From: Podarcis pityusensis
Lineage: Eukaryota
Reading direction: 5' to 3' (one strand)
NCBI GenBank assembly: GCA_964106645.2
Contig: OZ067051.1
DNA length: 64,000 bases
Position numbers and translations under genes: made by a program. Positions within the stretch are counted from its first letter, which is position 1. Each line of letters begins with the position of its first letter. The notes under the pieces were generated by a model that saw only the letters and a list, made by a program, of their open reading frames with translations, was not told where the DNA came from and ran no database searches. Of this stretch, positions 25,578 through 37,649 are shown piece after piece.

Positions 25578-26174
25578 CTTTGCATATGCATTTTGACATT
25601 TTGGGATCCTCTTTCCCACTGCACCTCAAACATTACACCCTACTCCAAAAAGCTGCTATGAAATGTTGAGTGGCATCTGATGAAGTGCGAGACAGCTGTC
25701 AAAAATAAAAATCAGCAGTCTCCCTATGTGTGCAAAAGTGCTTTTAGCACTGGGCTCTTGGGATTCAGGCCTCTAGATTGAGAGCATCCTAAAAACAAAA
25801 CAGTTTTAGAATTAGAGATCACAGCACAGTAGCCATGCTTACGCTGTAGAAATAATGGTGTCCAAAAGAACCATAAAAGTTTGGTCTGCTGGTCCTTCCA
25901 AGAAAAAGCAATCCCATAACTCCTTATCTTCATCTGATTGGAACTGCTCCAGCCAATCAAGACTCAGGTTACTGATAAGACACTGCAGAAAGGTAGTAAA
26001 ATGATTACGAGTAAATTCTTCTTTCTCTTTCATGGAGGGTGGATTTTCAGTTCCACCAAGGTAGCTCTTAATTGTCCGCAAAGTCTCACAGATCTGGGCT
26101 CCATCTCTGGAAACAGATAGGGTGCCAATTGCTTCTTGTACTATATGGCGAACTTGAAGCAAGTCAGAATCCAT
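2812..26174 (-). CDS. TELO2: Telomere maintenance 2 (TTT complex subunit TEL2), complete CDS, 20 coding exons, 828 aa
   Basis: Exons: 25843-26174, 23829-24106, 22177-22245, 20610-20757, 19458-19560, 18603-18671, 15549-15690, 14753-14889, 13910-13998, 13206-13313, 13002-13090, 11917-12008, 11121-11237, 10721-10792, 10257-10427, 8929-9020, 7853-7952, 6527-6591, 5459-5574, 2812-2909. All introns are GT-AG, the sum is 2487 nt and the frame is open. Hallmark motifs: [56 protein letters not shown]. Confidence 0.96.
3558..3846. mobile_element. Tigger/pogo-like MITE
   Basis: TIRs CAGTGGTGCCTCG.../...CGGGGCACCACTG, TA duplication on both sides, internal CGTCTTGCG repeats. Confidence 0.85.
6127..6161. 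repeat. (TAAA)n microsatellite
   Basis: Direct reading; a similar tract lies at 58761-58791. Confidence 0.9.
11523..11658. mobile_element. Palindromic hAT-type MITE
   Basis: Near-perfect hairpin with 8-bp TSD ATCTAAAG. Degenerate relatives lie at about 7420, 12190, 15100, 34800, 35230, 40500, 40730, 45130, 54090 and 58950. Confidence 0.8.
16200..16227. repeat. (TG)n microsatellite
   Basis: Direct reading. Confidence 0.9.
16414..18182 (-). mobile_element. CR1 LINE, 5'-truncated (RT region and 3' end), in a TELO2 intron
   Basis: ORF fragments [39 protein letters not shown] and LERVQRRATK-like. The (ATTCTATG)n tail is at about 16414-16430. Several frameshifts. Confidence 0.95.
18961..19191 (-). 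mobile_element. Squamate tRNA-derived SINE
   Basis: CACAACAAACACTCTGTGAGGT...CCCAAGGTCACCCAGC core and a box-B-like end. Degenerate relatives at about 27700, 38800, 58050, 58250 and 59590. Confidence 0.7.
20278..20519. mobile_element. Tigger-like MITE (family A)
   Basis: TIR CAGTGGTACCTCGGGTTA and internal TTCAGGTTA repeats; near-identical to the copy at 57701. Confidence 0.85.
22400..22512 (-). mobile_element. Penelope-like element remnant with degenerate minimal hammerhead motif
   Basis: The minus strand reads CTGAAGA-A-GTGTGC-AT-GCACAC-GACA-GCTTATAC, followed by an inverted duplicate arm. A second copy lies at about 47920-48020. Confidence 0.6.
22968..23013. repeat. (CA)n microsatellite
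   Basis: Direct reading; other CA/TG tracts lie at 25547-25575 and 44199-44230. Confidence 0.9.
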
Positions 26175-26929
26175 TTATCCTGGTCACTTCTGGAAAACAA
26201 CAAGGAGGTCGATAAGTAATACCACCAAGGTTGGAGAAAGTAGAGCTGGTAATTACTATCCCCTGAACAGAAGAAGTGGGAAGGGTCATGGCTCAGGGGT
26301 ACAACTTCTGCACTGTATGCGGAAGGTCCCAGATTCGATCCCCAGAATCTCCAGGTAGGGCTGGGACAGACTCAAAGTCTGAAACAGTGGAGAGTTGCTG
26401 CCCATCAGTAGAGAATACTGAGCGAGATGGACAAATGGTCTGACTTGGTACCCTTGAGTTACTTGGTGGAAAACGTGGGATATAAATATAGTAAGTAATA
26501 AGAACCACCAACATCCTGACCTCCTTGTGGGAGCGGAGATTTTAAAAACCTAAATAAACATGCAAGCACAAAACTTCAGGATGCTCCCACCTGTGTAGGT
26601 ATTGTGTGGGCCTAAGAGAAACTTCAGCCTAAGCCTGCAATCCTCTATCTGCTTACCTAGGAATAAGCCCCAGTGAACTCAGTTCTGAGGAGACACGCAG
26701 TGGTTTAGCACCGCAACAATGAGTCTTCTGGCACCTTAAAGACATAACAAATTTATTATAGCACAACCTCTGAACGCCCCTCACGAAATGGGCTGCCGAC
26801 CACAAAAAGCTTAAGCCAAAATACTGTAAACGCGTTAAGTATTTAAGGAGCCACAAGATTTCTTCGCTAGGCTTTGCTTTTGCTTTTTGCTGCTGCAAAA
26901 GACTAACACGGCTGTTGCTCTGGAAATTA

Positions 26930-27560
26930 CCGTAACGCGGAACCCAAGACACGTCTACTCGGAAGTAAGGCTCACTGAATTCAGTGGGACTTAATCCCCA
27001 CGCTGATGTGTAGAACAGGACCGCCCGGCGTGAGGGAGAAACGCCTCAGCCCCTCGCTTCCCGCCTTGTGAAGTTCCCACCTCCTCGCCTTCCCCCCGCC
27101 CCCGGGCGAGGCCTCACCAAGGGCAGAAATGATGCCACGGCTAACAGCGACCCCCCAAGACACTCTCCAATCAAGCCGGTGAACCTCAACCGGAAGTTCG
27201 TGTGTGTGTGCGCGCGTGTTATTCTAGCTTTTGCTTCGCGCTCTCTATGGTGCCCAATTGCGGCGGAGCCACCAGCGACGTCGCTTTTTACCGGAAGTTT
27301 ATCTCTGTGTGTTGTGCTGCCTTTTCTCTACGGTCCGTTCTCAACACTCCGGGTAATTGTTGTTGTTGTTTAGTCGTGTCCGACTCTTCGTGACCCCATG
27401 GACCAGAGCACTCCGGGTAATACGTTGTCTAAACAGCAGCAGCCGATTCGACGCTCCTGTCTTATGTGCGAGCGCCTCGAGCCGAGCCTGTCGAATCTGC
27501 TGATCTTTCTTACGACCCTTCGCAGCTCTCGCGCTCTCCCGGCCCGGCCCCTTTCTCTTC
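26930..27560 (-). promoter_or_regulatory. TELO2 CpG-rich promoter and probable non-coding exon 1
   Basis: Local CpG enrichment, two CCGGAAGT ETS/GABP-type boxes (about 27190 and 27291), a candidate exon-1 donor at 27116-27117 and the exon-2 acceptor at 26190-26191. Confidence 0.7.
27358..27408 (-). mobile_element. Extremely truncated BovB/RTE 3' end with 13-bp TSD
   Basis: Same 3' terminal sequence as the copy at 40997, flanked by the direct repeat CACTCCGGGTAAT (27345-27357 and 27409-27421). Confidence 0.85.
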
Positions 27561-28207
27561 CGCCCTTCTTCTTCTTAAAGAGACAGTAACAATAAAGTTT
27601 CTATCGCCCCAGAGCATGGAAGAAGAGGGCCTGTTTTTGAGAATCTGGGTGGTGTGTTACATCCCGAATCTGGTTTCACTGTTGGGGTGAATTTTATTTA
27701 TTTATTGTATTCATAACCCATTCTTTATCCAAGGATTTTGGAGGTTGGCATGTATGTTCGTCCCCCTCCCCGGTTTTATTCTCACAACAATCCTGTGAGG
27801 TAGGTTATTGAGTTGGCTGAACAGGAAAGTGAATCTTGCTCCCTGGGATCCTACCCAATCCAATACTCTTAACCACTACCCCCAACCATGAAATCTGTCC
27901 CAAGACTTGCTGACTGTTTTGAGCACCAGCCCCTCATCTGGCTCTTCTAAAGTGGCCTTGCCAGTTGCATTATTATTATTATTATTTTTAAAAGTAATTA
28001 ATCAGAGTGGAACATTTAGCTCATCTTTGAAGTCACCAAGCTCCTGCAGAACCTTTCTTACATCTTGCAGTGGTGTAGCCCACTCCCCCTTAATCGTGGC
28101 CTATAAGGCGGAAAATGAACCCCGCTGGCAATCTTATTTTGTTTCAGGGGAAAACAGAGGCTCCCATGATGACAGGTTGTGCTTCTGGAATGGCTGCTTC
28201 TAAGCCA

Positions 28208-28345
28208 GAGAGTAGCTCATTCTGTAGAGCAGGAGTTTCTTAATATCAGGGTCATGGGTTCAAGCCCCACAATGGGCAAAATATTCCTGCATATTTTGGA
28301 CTAGATGACCCTCGTGGTCCCTTTCCAAATCGACAATTCTATGAT
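28208..28345 (+). mobile_element. tRNA-headed SINE with CR1-type 3' tail
   Basis: TAGCTCA...GGTTCAAGCCC head and GGACTAGATGACC...ATTCTATGAT tail. Confidence 0.6.
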
Positions 28346-28773
28346 CACCTAGGAAAGAAGAGGTGCGGAAATACTTGGAAAGCACAGGCAACAAAATTGT
28401 CTACAGCTAAGGACTTTCTCTTGCTGATGATCTGCCCTTTCGCTGAAGCCACCTTATGAACTCAGGGCAGGTTACAAATTTAGTAATATTTTGTTACTTT
28501 TAAAAACATTTCTATACCACCTCCCTCACCAAACCTCAAGGCAACATACAGCAATATTAAATGAATATCGAAACATTAAAATCCTGTCTTCGTCCTATAC
28601 ACTTTTTGTCCTACACACTTACCTGTTCTGAACAGGTGGAGACATGGTATATTTGGATGCCTCATTGAAAATTGGGCTGAGAAACCAGCACAGCCATTGC
28701 AGGATTCAGTGGTAAAATTTTAAGCACACAGAACCACCACCGCATTTCTCAACTACAAAAGAATCCATACACA

Positions 28774-28799
28774 TTTATTCCAAACCTTATTGGTTTATT
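28774..28799 (-). terminator. Tandem AATAAA poly(A) signals of RNPS1
   Basis: TTTATT at 28774-28779 and 28794-28799, about 830 nt downstream of the RNPS1 stop. Confidence 0.65.
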
Positions 28800-29624
28800 C
28801 TGTCTTGCCATTCCACACAAGTACCAACAACATGACTACAAGATGCTAAAGGTATACAAAAATCAAACTTTATAGTAATGACTGTACAATAGGTTGCAAA
28901 TCTCTTGGCCTTTTGCAAACTGAACACTAGTTATCCCAATTGGTCTCCGACACATCACCTTCCACCCCAGGAGGAAGGTGACAAGAGAAACAGCTTTTCT
29001 GCCTATTTGTTTCACATATTCTAAAAGCAAAAGCATTTACATCAGTCTTGGGAAGGACAGGGCATGTGAACAATGCACCAAAAACATTTTAGTAAAGGAA
29101 GGGATGACTTACAAAGAACACTAGTCCTAGTCCCCCAGTTCTTAGGCTGGTTAAATGCACCAGCAGCAAGGAATATGAAAAAGCTTTTCTCTGTGCCAAC
29201 ATCCCTAAGAGCTGAGGGTGGCGGTGGGGGGAGAGGAACCAGTCCATATCTAAATTTGCTGAGGGTTTTCTTGCAACCTGCCATTTCTTTCTTCCAACAG
29301 TATAAATTTATTTTTGACATATCCTAAAAACAAGAGACTTCACTGGACTTAAGAGGACAGTATCATGTCTAAAAGAACAATGTTTCTTGTTGAGAACTTG
29401 CAAACCAAAGCTCCCTTTAAAAAGGACTTTAAGTCCAATCAAAGTCCACAGTTCACCCTGCTGGGCCCAAGACACTAGGCTAGGTTTCAGTTTCTCAGCT
29501 TTCCCTTCATTTTATTTTCATTCCTCTTTTATTTTTAAAAGGTACAATTTTTAAACTGAATGCACTTTTAAGTTTTTTTTAAAAAAAACAAAAAACAAAA
29601 CAAGGAACTGCCAAGTCCCACATT

Positions 29625-32600
29625 TTATCGGGAAGAGTTGGAACTGGATCGGCTGCGATGACGCCTGCGGCCTGGAGATCTGGATCGTGACCGTCTGCGA
29701 ACTGGGGATCTGCGCCTGGGAGACCTGGACCTGAAAGGGAATATAGTTGCAAGGAAGAGAGTTGAGCTTCAGTTAGGAAAATGGATGGTAATGGAAAGTA
29801 ATCCACACTTATATAGTCCCTTTTTATTCAACAGCATTCAAGAGTAGTTCTTACATCCTAAAGGGTGAAGGCAGTTCAACATGCTAACATTTTGTAAATG
29901 CAGAAAGCAATATAGCAACTGTATAATAACTAAATAAATATTTTCTCAGTTCCTAGATCACAGTGTTTTATTTTTGCAAATACACGTCATCAGCTTATAT
30001 TAACAATAAAAATATTCCATCAATCTCGACTTAAACAGATAAGGCATATACGGTATGTTCAAACTTAGAATGAGTTGTGAGATTTTAGACACATGCCCCA
30101 TGAGTACTTGAGAAGGGTCTATAGGGCAGAGAATGTTGGAACCATTATGGCGCAAGTACTTCCACCTGCCTTCTTCCCCTAATGTATTTCTTAATGTATT
30201 TTTAAAAATAAAATTGCTGGATTTATTATTGTACATTTGGTATGCTGTGAGTCACTTTGAGCACTGTTGTGGAAAAATGGCATACAAACAAACTGACGCT
30301 AATGCTCTGGAAGGGGGCGCCTATCCTTCAATTACTTTGTGTAGGGACAGTCTTTGTTCGCCATCAGCTGTAGTGCAGGAAGTAAGTCACTGCCCATCCT
30401 TGGTGTGACTCATCTGAGACCGCAGGTGTCTTCTTTTTAGTTTGCCTCCCTGGACAGAGCTCCTACCAGCTGTGAACAGCTAAGCCCCTCCGGCTTACCC
30501 AGCTCCACAAAGGCAACCTACCTTCTCCTCATGCGAGGTGGAGAACGACGCCACATGGGCGGTGGCGGCAACATCCTCCGTGGAGGGGAGAAACGCCTGA
30601 GAGGCATCCTGGGCCGAGGAGTCAGGACAGCCGTGGCAGTGATCTCCTGACCATCAATCTGCCCTATTTAAAGATCACAGAAGCAGAAAGTTGATTTGTT
30701 TCAGCAGGGTGAGGGATTGACGCAAAGGCTCCCTGTAGCCACTGCCTTCTTGCTCACTAGGGAAGGTCAAACTATGGCAATGGTGGGGGGGAGCAGGGAA
30801 CCTAGAGAGAGATATTAATACACAAGTAAAACATACATGCAGGGAGATACCAAAAAGACATTGGGGAACCACAAACACCACTTTGCTTACCTATTACGAT
30901 CAGGCCCAGTTCCCTGACTGATTCCCTCTGTGCGTCATTAGCCCCTCCCAAGAAAAAAAGAGATTTGTAACCTCTGACCTACACTATAAATTCTTAAATG
31001 TCCAACATGGGACTGCAAGTTTTTCCTGGGACAAGCCTCTGCTTTCTTTAGGAATAATTGCTGCCAACTTATTCCAAGGTCTTTGCTCATGCCCACAGGT
31101 CCACTGCCTTTCTGGAGAATGCAGTTTACCTTGGGGGCCATTTTCATCAGGATGATCCACCCTTCTCACTTTGGGCCTGAAACCAACATGATGTGGTTGC
31201 AGAGGTCCCACCAGCCCATATTCCTGGCAGACAAGGTTGATTTTTTAAAAAAGAATTCATACAGGTAAAATGATATATTTGTATTATTATAAGAGTAAAA
31301 CTTGAAGAACGAAGAGCCTTATTTTGTTCAGGTGTGCTCTGCAAAGAGCCCTCCTAGCTGGTAGAACCTATATCACTTTTGGGAAATCTGAAACCCTTGC
31401 TTTAATGGCGTGATCATCTCAAATTACAGATTTTTCAGTTATGTAGGAGTCACACCTCTTAACAATGCAGCCAGATTCTGAAACCCACCTCCATCCATGT
31501 GCTTCAGTGCCTTCTCAGCATCATCTGGATTCTCAAATTCTACATATGCATAACCCTTTGAGAGGTGTGGGTTGAGTCTGTCGACTGGCATATCAATCAT
31601 TTTGATCTTTCCATAAGTGGAAAATATTTCCATTATGTGGTCCTGGAAGAGGAAAAGCAAGCTCCTTAACGCTCATGGCAAATGTTCATTACCTTCCATC
31701 TTCATAACAACAAAACACTGAATGGGCAGCGGCGGAAGCAGCGGCGGAAGCAGCAGCAGCAGCAACACCCACCCACCCACCTTTAACTGGATTTGAACAA
31801 AAAGAGTGAAGACCATTCAATTACATATTGAAACGCTTCAACAGTTTTGCTTCCCAGGTTACCTGAACTTAACTCAGCTATATCTATAGGAGAATAAGAA
31901 GAGCCTGCTGGACCAAGCCAGTGGCCCATCTAGTCCAGCACACTGTTCTCACAGGGGTCAAGGCTCTCGCAAGCAGGGCCTGAGCACAACAGCACTCTCC
32001 CCTATAGAGATCTAGTGTATCAATACTGGGAGGGACCCTTGGTCAACAGCATTCCCAGCATTCATATTCAATATGGACTTACAGGAAGCTGTCTTATACT
32101 GAGTCAGACCATTGGTTCTGGGGGACTTTTGTTTCCCTACCCTCTTTGGCCTTTTTACTTCTTTCTGGGTATGAGTGAACAACAGGCATCTGTTACCTTC
32201 GTCACATTTCTGGTGAGTCTCCCAACATGTACTTTGGTAGGTTTGGGTGATGGACTCCTTCTCTTCCGTTCCTTTTCATCTCTCTTAGGCGGTTTAGACC
32301 TTGTGGAAATAAACAAAAAGTGTCAAACAAAAATTTAAACGTATGGATCTGCAACTCAAGCTCTTCATTAACTCCTATCATGCAGCATGACAAAAAAAAC
32401 CACCAATGATCTTATTCTGTATTCCTTGCTAAATTTGTTTTTTTTAAAAAGTGGCTGGTGCAACAACTACAGGCCATTTATAGTTTGCAAGAAATAATTA
32501 TGCTAAAAGTGAGTAACTATTGAGGTTTAACTTAAATTCAGTAGGGCTTGGAGGGACCTTTACTTGATACTATCCACCAAGTTTGAAATTTAGAAGCATC

Positions 32601-34372
32601 CTTTTCATAAAACACAGGTTCCCAAAGATGAGATTCAAAAGGCAAAGAACTGGCCAATCTGCTATTTTACCCACTTCTGCCTCTGGCCCACTGCTAGCAT
32701 GTGCCCCTCCCCAAGAAAGAAACATGGGCTTTGAGCTGAAAAGTGTTCCCCACCCTTGTCTTACAGGAAGCACGTATCAAGGCCAATGGAAATAAAATAG
32801 CCAGTAGCCTCCAGTAATCTAGACTCACTTTGAACGGGAACGCCTCCTGTTGTCATGCCGATGTCGAGATGGGCTTGGAGAACCCGATGAGCTGCTGGAG
32901 CTGGAACTGCGGGATGTGCTTGAACTCCCAGAGCGGCTTGACGCGGAGGAGGAGCTGGAGCCACTGCTGGAGCCGGTGCTGGAGCTAGAACCAGAACTGG
33001 ATGTGGAACTGGAGCGAGACCTGGCAGAGAAGGTGTCATGCAAGAGACTAATGGCAACAAGGGTGTTCTCCCGATAACCCCCAAGAACTTTTGAAGGTGT
33101 TGGAAAGAACACACCATTGTCTTTTGCAGTTCCAACCCAAACCTGGCCACCTCCCAATGCAGAGGTGATGCTCTTTCTAAATCATTTCACTTATTGTACA
33201 AATGGTCCTTTGTCAAAAAACAGATTTCAGAGCAATATACAAAAGTCACCTCAAATTACAAATACCTTATAAAACCAATTTCATGAAGAATGAGAAAAAC
33301 ATTCAAACCACTAAAAATGCCACCATCTAAAATGCTCAGGCAAAGGAAAATCTTTTAACAGTCTCTGAAATTACCTCCCTTTGGAGGGTGTTCCACAGCT
33401 GAAGTGCCCATAACACACACACCCCTTTGTAAATGCAGGACACACATCTTCTAAAGATGAACACCAAGAAGGGCCTCCCCTCCAAACAGATCATTAGGGT
33501 GCAAACGACCTCCTGTGCGAAACCACACACAAACCCCCAATATCTCAATCAGAGAAGAGGACCTGAAGTCAAGTATGTGTTTAGCATTACTGCTTCACTC
33601 AACTTACAACCGACCTGCTGGTTCACATCAAGGGGCATATTTTAAGTTCTCAAGCTTAACTGCCCTACATTCCTGGGAATCTCACAAGTAGGGCATGGTG
33701 AGACAGCCACCACAACTCCATCCCTGTATCCAACATCTGAAGAGTTAAAAGGTTTCCTCTGTCTGAGCATGGCGGCATCATTTTTTAACTGCCGATTAAG
33801 AATCCTTGGGAAGGCCTGGTCCTTGAAACGGCCTTCAGAAACCCAAGAATTCCTGACTCTGCTTACCTGGTGCTGCTACTACCACTGGAGGCGCTGCGCC
33901 TCTTGCGAGTTTTGTCACGCCCACGATCCTTTTCGCTTGACTCCTTTGTAGCTGGCTTGTCTTTGGACCTGTCCTTGGACTTTTCTTCTGTACGGTCCTT
34001 GCGCTTGGTAGGAGAGGGAGCCCTTTAATGAACAAGGTTCAGAAACTTAATTTCCAATCCCGCAATTTCAGTTGCAACAAAAGCAAGAAATGTCACTGCT
34101 ACAAAGATGCTAAGAGACAAATCCCCAGTGTTTACACTATGGAGCGGCTTCATGAAAGAAAGCCAATGGTGTGGAATATATGGAGATTATGAAAAGGAGG
34201 GAAGATGCATTTCTAATTCCTCATGCTTGATGGGAAATCCCTAGGAGTCTGCACAGATCCCCCAAGAGGGGTGAGGCCTTGAACATTCAGACAATTATTA
34301 CCTAGTGCTGGACTTTTTATTATTTTCTTTGATTCCTAGCAAACTCTTCTTTTTCATTCCTGACAGCTCCAT
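29625..34372 (-). CDS. RNPS1: RNA-binding protein with serine-rich domain 1 (EJC/ASAP component), complete CDS, 7 coding exons, 307 aa
   Basis: Exons: 34302-34372, 33867-34022, 32829-33020, 32197-32299, 31489-31642, 30522-30663, 29625-29730 (924 nt, GT-AG). The protein has MELSGMKKKSLLG..., a Ser-rich tract, the RRM (DHIMEIFSTYGKIKMIDMP...KGYAYVEFENPDDAEKALKHMDGGQIDGQEIT) and an RS/P tail ending SSSNSSR*. Confidence 0.97.
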
Positions 34373-35435
34373 TTTCCCCTTCCGAGTCCAAAAGCGGCAC
34401 TTTTTTGGGGGGGCTCACTTATCTGAAAGCTTACTTCTAACTCCTTGATTCTGAGAAACGATCCCTAAGCGAATGCAATAAACTCCAAAGAGCAGCCTAG
34501 TGACAAGATAAAAGGGATATGAGACAGTTAACATATAGGCAGAGGAAAAGAAAACCCACTTCACAAGAAAAGGCACAAGCTTCATGCAAAGCATTATAGT
34601 TCACACACTTCTGTGTGGCTTGTTATTACCCATTTGAAAATAGCATCTGCTGAATAACTTAAGAGTGTGTTTACACAGAGCATTTGAATTTTCTTTCTAA
34701 TCACCCTTCAAAAGGAGGAAGAACACACAGCAAAGCACACAGAGTTTTTCAGTCTGAATTTCTTAGTACTTTTCCTTAAGATATGCAGCATTACAACAGG
34801 ACAGTGGTAGCCAACATGGTGCCCTCCGTGTGAATTGAACTCCAACTCCCATCAGCCTGTCATCACAGCCAACTCTCATGGATGATTGGAGTTACAGTTT
34901 GGCAACATCTGGAGAACGCCACGTCGGCTACCTCTGCAATAGAAAGCAAGGTACCTCAACAGGACATTGTGGTACAGTAGTAGCAAGAAAGCATTTTAAG
35001 TCCCAGGAAAACTATAGTAGATTTTAATTGTTTATAAGAATTTCTACTGCTCTTCCTAAATTCTTAATGCAGTTTCTCATTACTACTGCTAAGCTTTATC
35101 TTGTATTGATACAGAGTGCTGCAGTTAAGTCTGCAATTTCAGCTCCATGGTCACTCCCAGAGACTATTAAATGTAACAGAGCAGAAGCAAAGCACAGCGC
35201 AAAACCCTATCCTCAGATCACACAACGGGGTGGTAAAACCTGTGGTCTTCCAGATGTTCTTGGACTCCAACTCCCATCAGCCCCAGCCAGAATAGCCAAT
35301 GGTCGGGGTGATGGGAGTTGGCAAACCAACAAAATTAGGAGGGCCACCATTTCCCATCTGTGGTATAAAAGAACCTCAGTTGGAAATGCTGCTGGCTATT
35401 CCAGATAAGCTACAGCAAGTCCTTATGGGTTACAC

Positions 35436-35759
35436 CAGGGGTCAGCAACCTTTTTCAGCCGTGGGCCGGTCCACTGTCCCTCAGACCATGTGGCGGGCCG
35501 GACTATATTTTTTGGGGGGGAGGGAATGAACGAATTCCTATGCCTCACAAGTAACCCAGAGATGCATTTTAAATAAAAGCATGCATTCTACTCATGTAAA
35601 AACACCAGGCAGGCCCCACAAATAACCCAGAGATGCATTTTAAATAAAAGGACACATTCTACTGACGTAGAAACACACTGATTCCTGGACCATCCGTGGG
35701 CCGGATTGAGAAGGCGATGGGTCGCATCCAGCCCACGTGCCTTAGATTGCCTTCTCCTG
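35436..35759. mobile_element. hAT-type non-autonomous element in RNPS1 intron 1
   Basis: CAGGGGTCAGCAACC...TCCTG termini, perfect 8-bp TSD GGTTACAC, internal tandem duplication. Confidence 0.8.
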
Positions 35760-37649
35760 GGTTACACACATTGTGGGCTCAAGAGTGTCTCTGTAGTCTG
35801 AGAGTAGCTATGGCTTATTTCAAGTACTTTAATTCTACCCCTCAGTATAGAACCCAAGGTGTTTTAAAGTCATACATTAAAAACAATGACTATTTTAGAA
35901 TGGTAGAGTACAGGGTACTGTACATTTCAGATTAAGTGTATGTATTTTTCTCTAGCAAACCAGCATCACAGCAATCTACGGGAAATGGGTGGAAACTCTG
36001 AAAACAAAGGTTTTCATCCTTGTAGTTCAATTCCTGTACACTGCTATGCTCAAGTAAGTCAACAGGCACTGAGAGAGCAAGGTTGCTTTGATGTACATTT
36101 GACGTACGAAGGACAAATATGTTTTATCATCGTTAAGATTAACACTTGGAACTATTACTTTATGGAGGGCAGCCTGGATTAAAATTAAAGATGCATTTTC
36201 ATGTGCTGAGACTTCTCTCAGGCACATTATACACACAAACTGTGTATAATGTGCTTATGCAAATAACCCTTTGGGAAGGTCCAAAGTAAGCTCCAACAGG
36301 CCATTATTCTACTGGTGTCTGTAACTTAAATTGCAAGTGCCTGAAGCAGTTCAAACATAAGGGAAAGCACATACTGTTATACCACTCTGCTTCTGCTATA
36401 GCAGAAGACTATTCCCACAAGCTTAGCTTTTCACTTGAAGCTCTGGTTAAGTATTTCTGCACGAGTCATTCAAGAAGGCAGCTCTTGCTTTTGTGGGATT
36501 AAAGGTATTATTCCTCTATATCCACACTTCATGACCCACTCTCTAAGTGGTACAAAAACAATTTGAAAGAACCTGTTCAGGTTAAATGAGGTCTTGAATT
36601 AACTTGGTGGTTAAGAGAAATCAGTGAACCCTCAGTAAAAGAGAACTGTCTGCTGTATATCACATCCTCAGTGCTTTAAGACCAGGAACACCAAGCCCAA
36701 GCTTACCAGTACTGCCCAAAAAGTAAAGAAAGAAATATTGTGTACAAACTTCAATAGTGCCTAGAGGTCTTTCTGTGGGAATCACTGACTTTGCAAACTG
36801 ACTCTTATCAGCATGTTCACAAAGCTAGCAGAATGGCTACCTGTATACCTTACTGTGTTTGGGCAATACAGTACATTTACTTCACTGTGGTGAAAAGCCA
36901 CTTGGTACATAATCAAGTGAATGCTTTTAGTCTTAGTGTTTTAAACATATCAGTGGACTTGCATATTTGTCTAAGTAATCACTGATATTATTGAAAGGCA
37001 ATTTCTTTGCTATTGATAAAGAAATATTAAGTGAATTATAATAGCACCTGCCACACTACTGCTCTTCACTACCACCATCCCAAGAAGACCCTCTAAGACC
37101 AAGACCACCCTCTAAGACCAAGAGGGACCAGAGATTTGAACCTGAGCTTCCCAGGTACAAGCTATATCCTGTACTAGCTCTGCAAGCTGGCTGAATGGAC
37201 AACAGGTTACATCTAAAAGTAAGAATCGTACAACCACAGTGCTGCAACATAAAGCCATATCTGAGAATCCACTGAATGAATCCCCATGCTGGAAGCCAAG
37301 GTTTAAGAGGTAACCAATGGGGCCAGTGTGGTGCAACACTTAGCATTACAGAAGCAAGAGGGTTAAATCCCTGGTCAGTCACAAAGCTCAACGGAGTGGC
37401 CTTGGCCAGTCTGAGGGATCACAACAGGCCTATCTCACAGGGCTGTTATGAGGTTAAAACGGGGGTAAGGGAGAGAGGAACCATAAACTCCATCCTGTAT
37501 TTCCTTGGATAAGGGATTGTCTTTTCCAACATCAAATAGATAACACGATCGATATAATAATAGAAGGACGCAACTTGAATGTGCACAGTACTGGTCAGGC
37601 AATTAAGGGGGCTTGAAGGAGACTTTCAGAGTGGGCTCCAGGAAGTTTG

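Noticed and set aside
27398-27690. Divergent plus-strand coding gene from the TELO2 promoter
   Set aside because: The ORFs start in a BovB fragment, show no homology I recognise, and have no downstream exons.
32850-33077. Glu/Leu-rich plus-strand ORF
   Set aside because: Antisense shadow of the Ser-rich RNPS1 exon.
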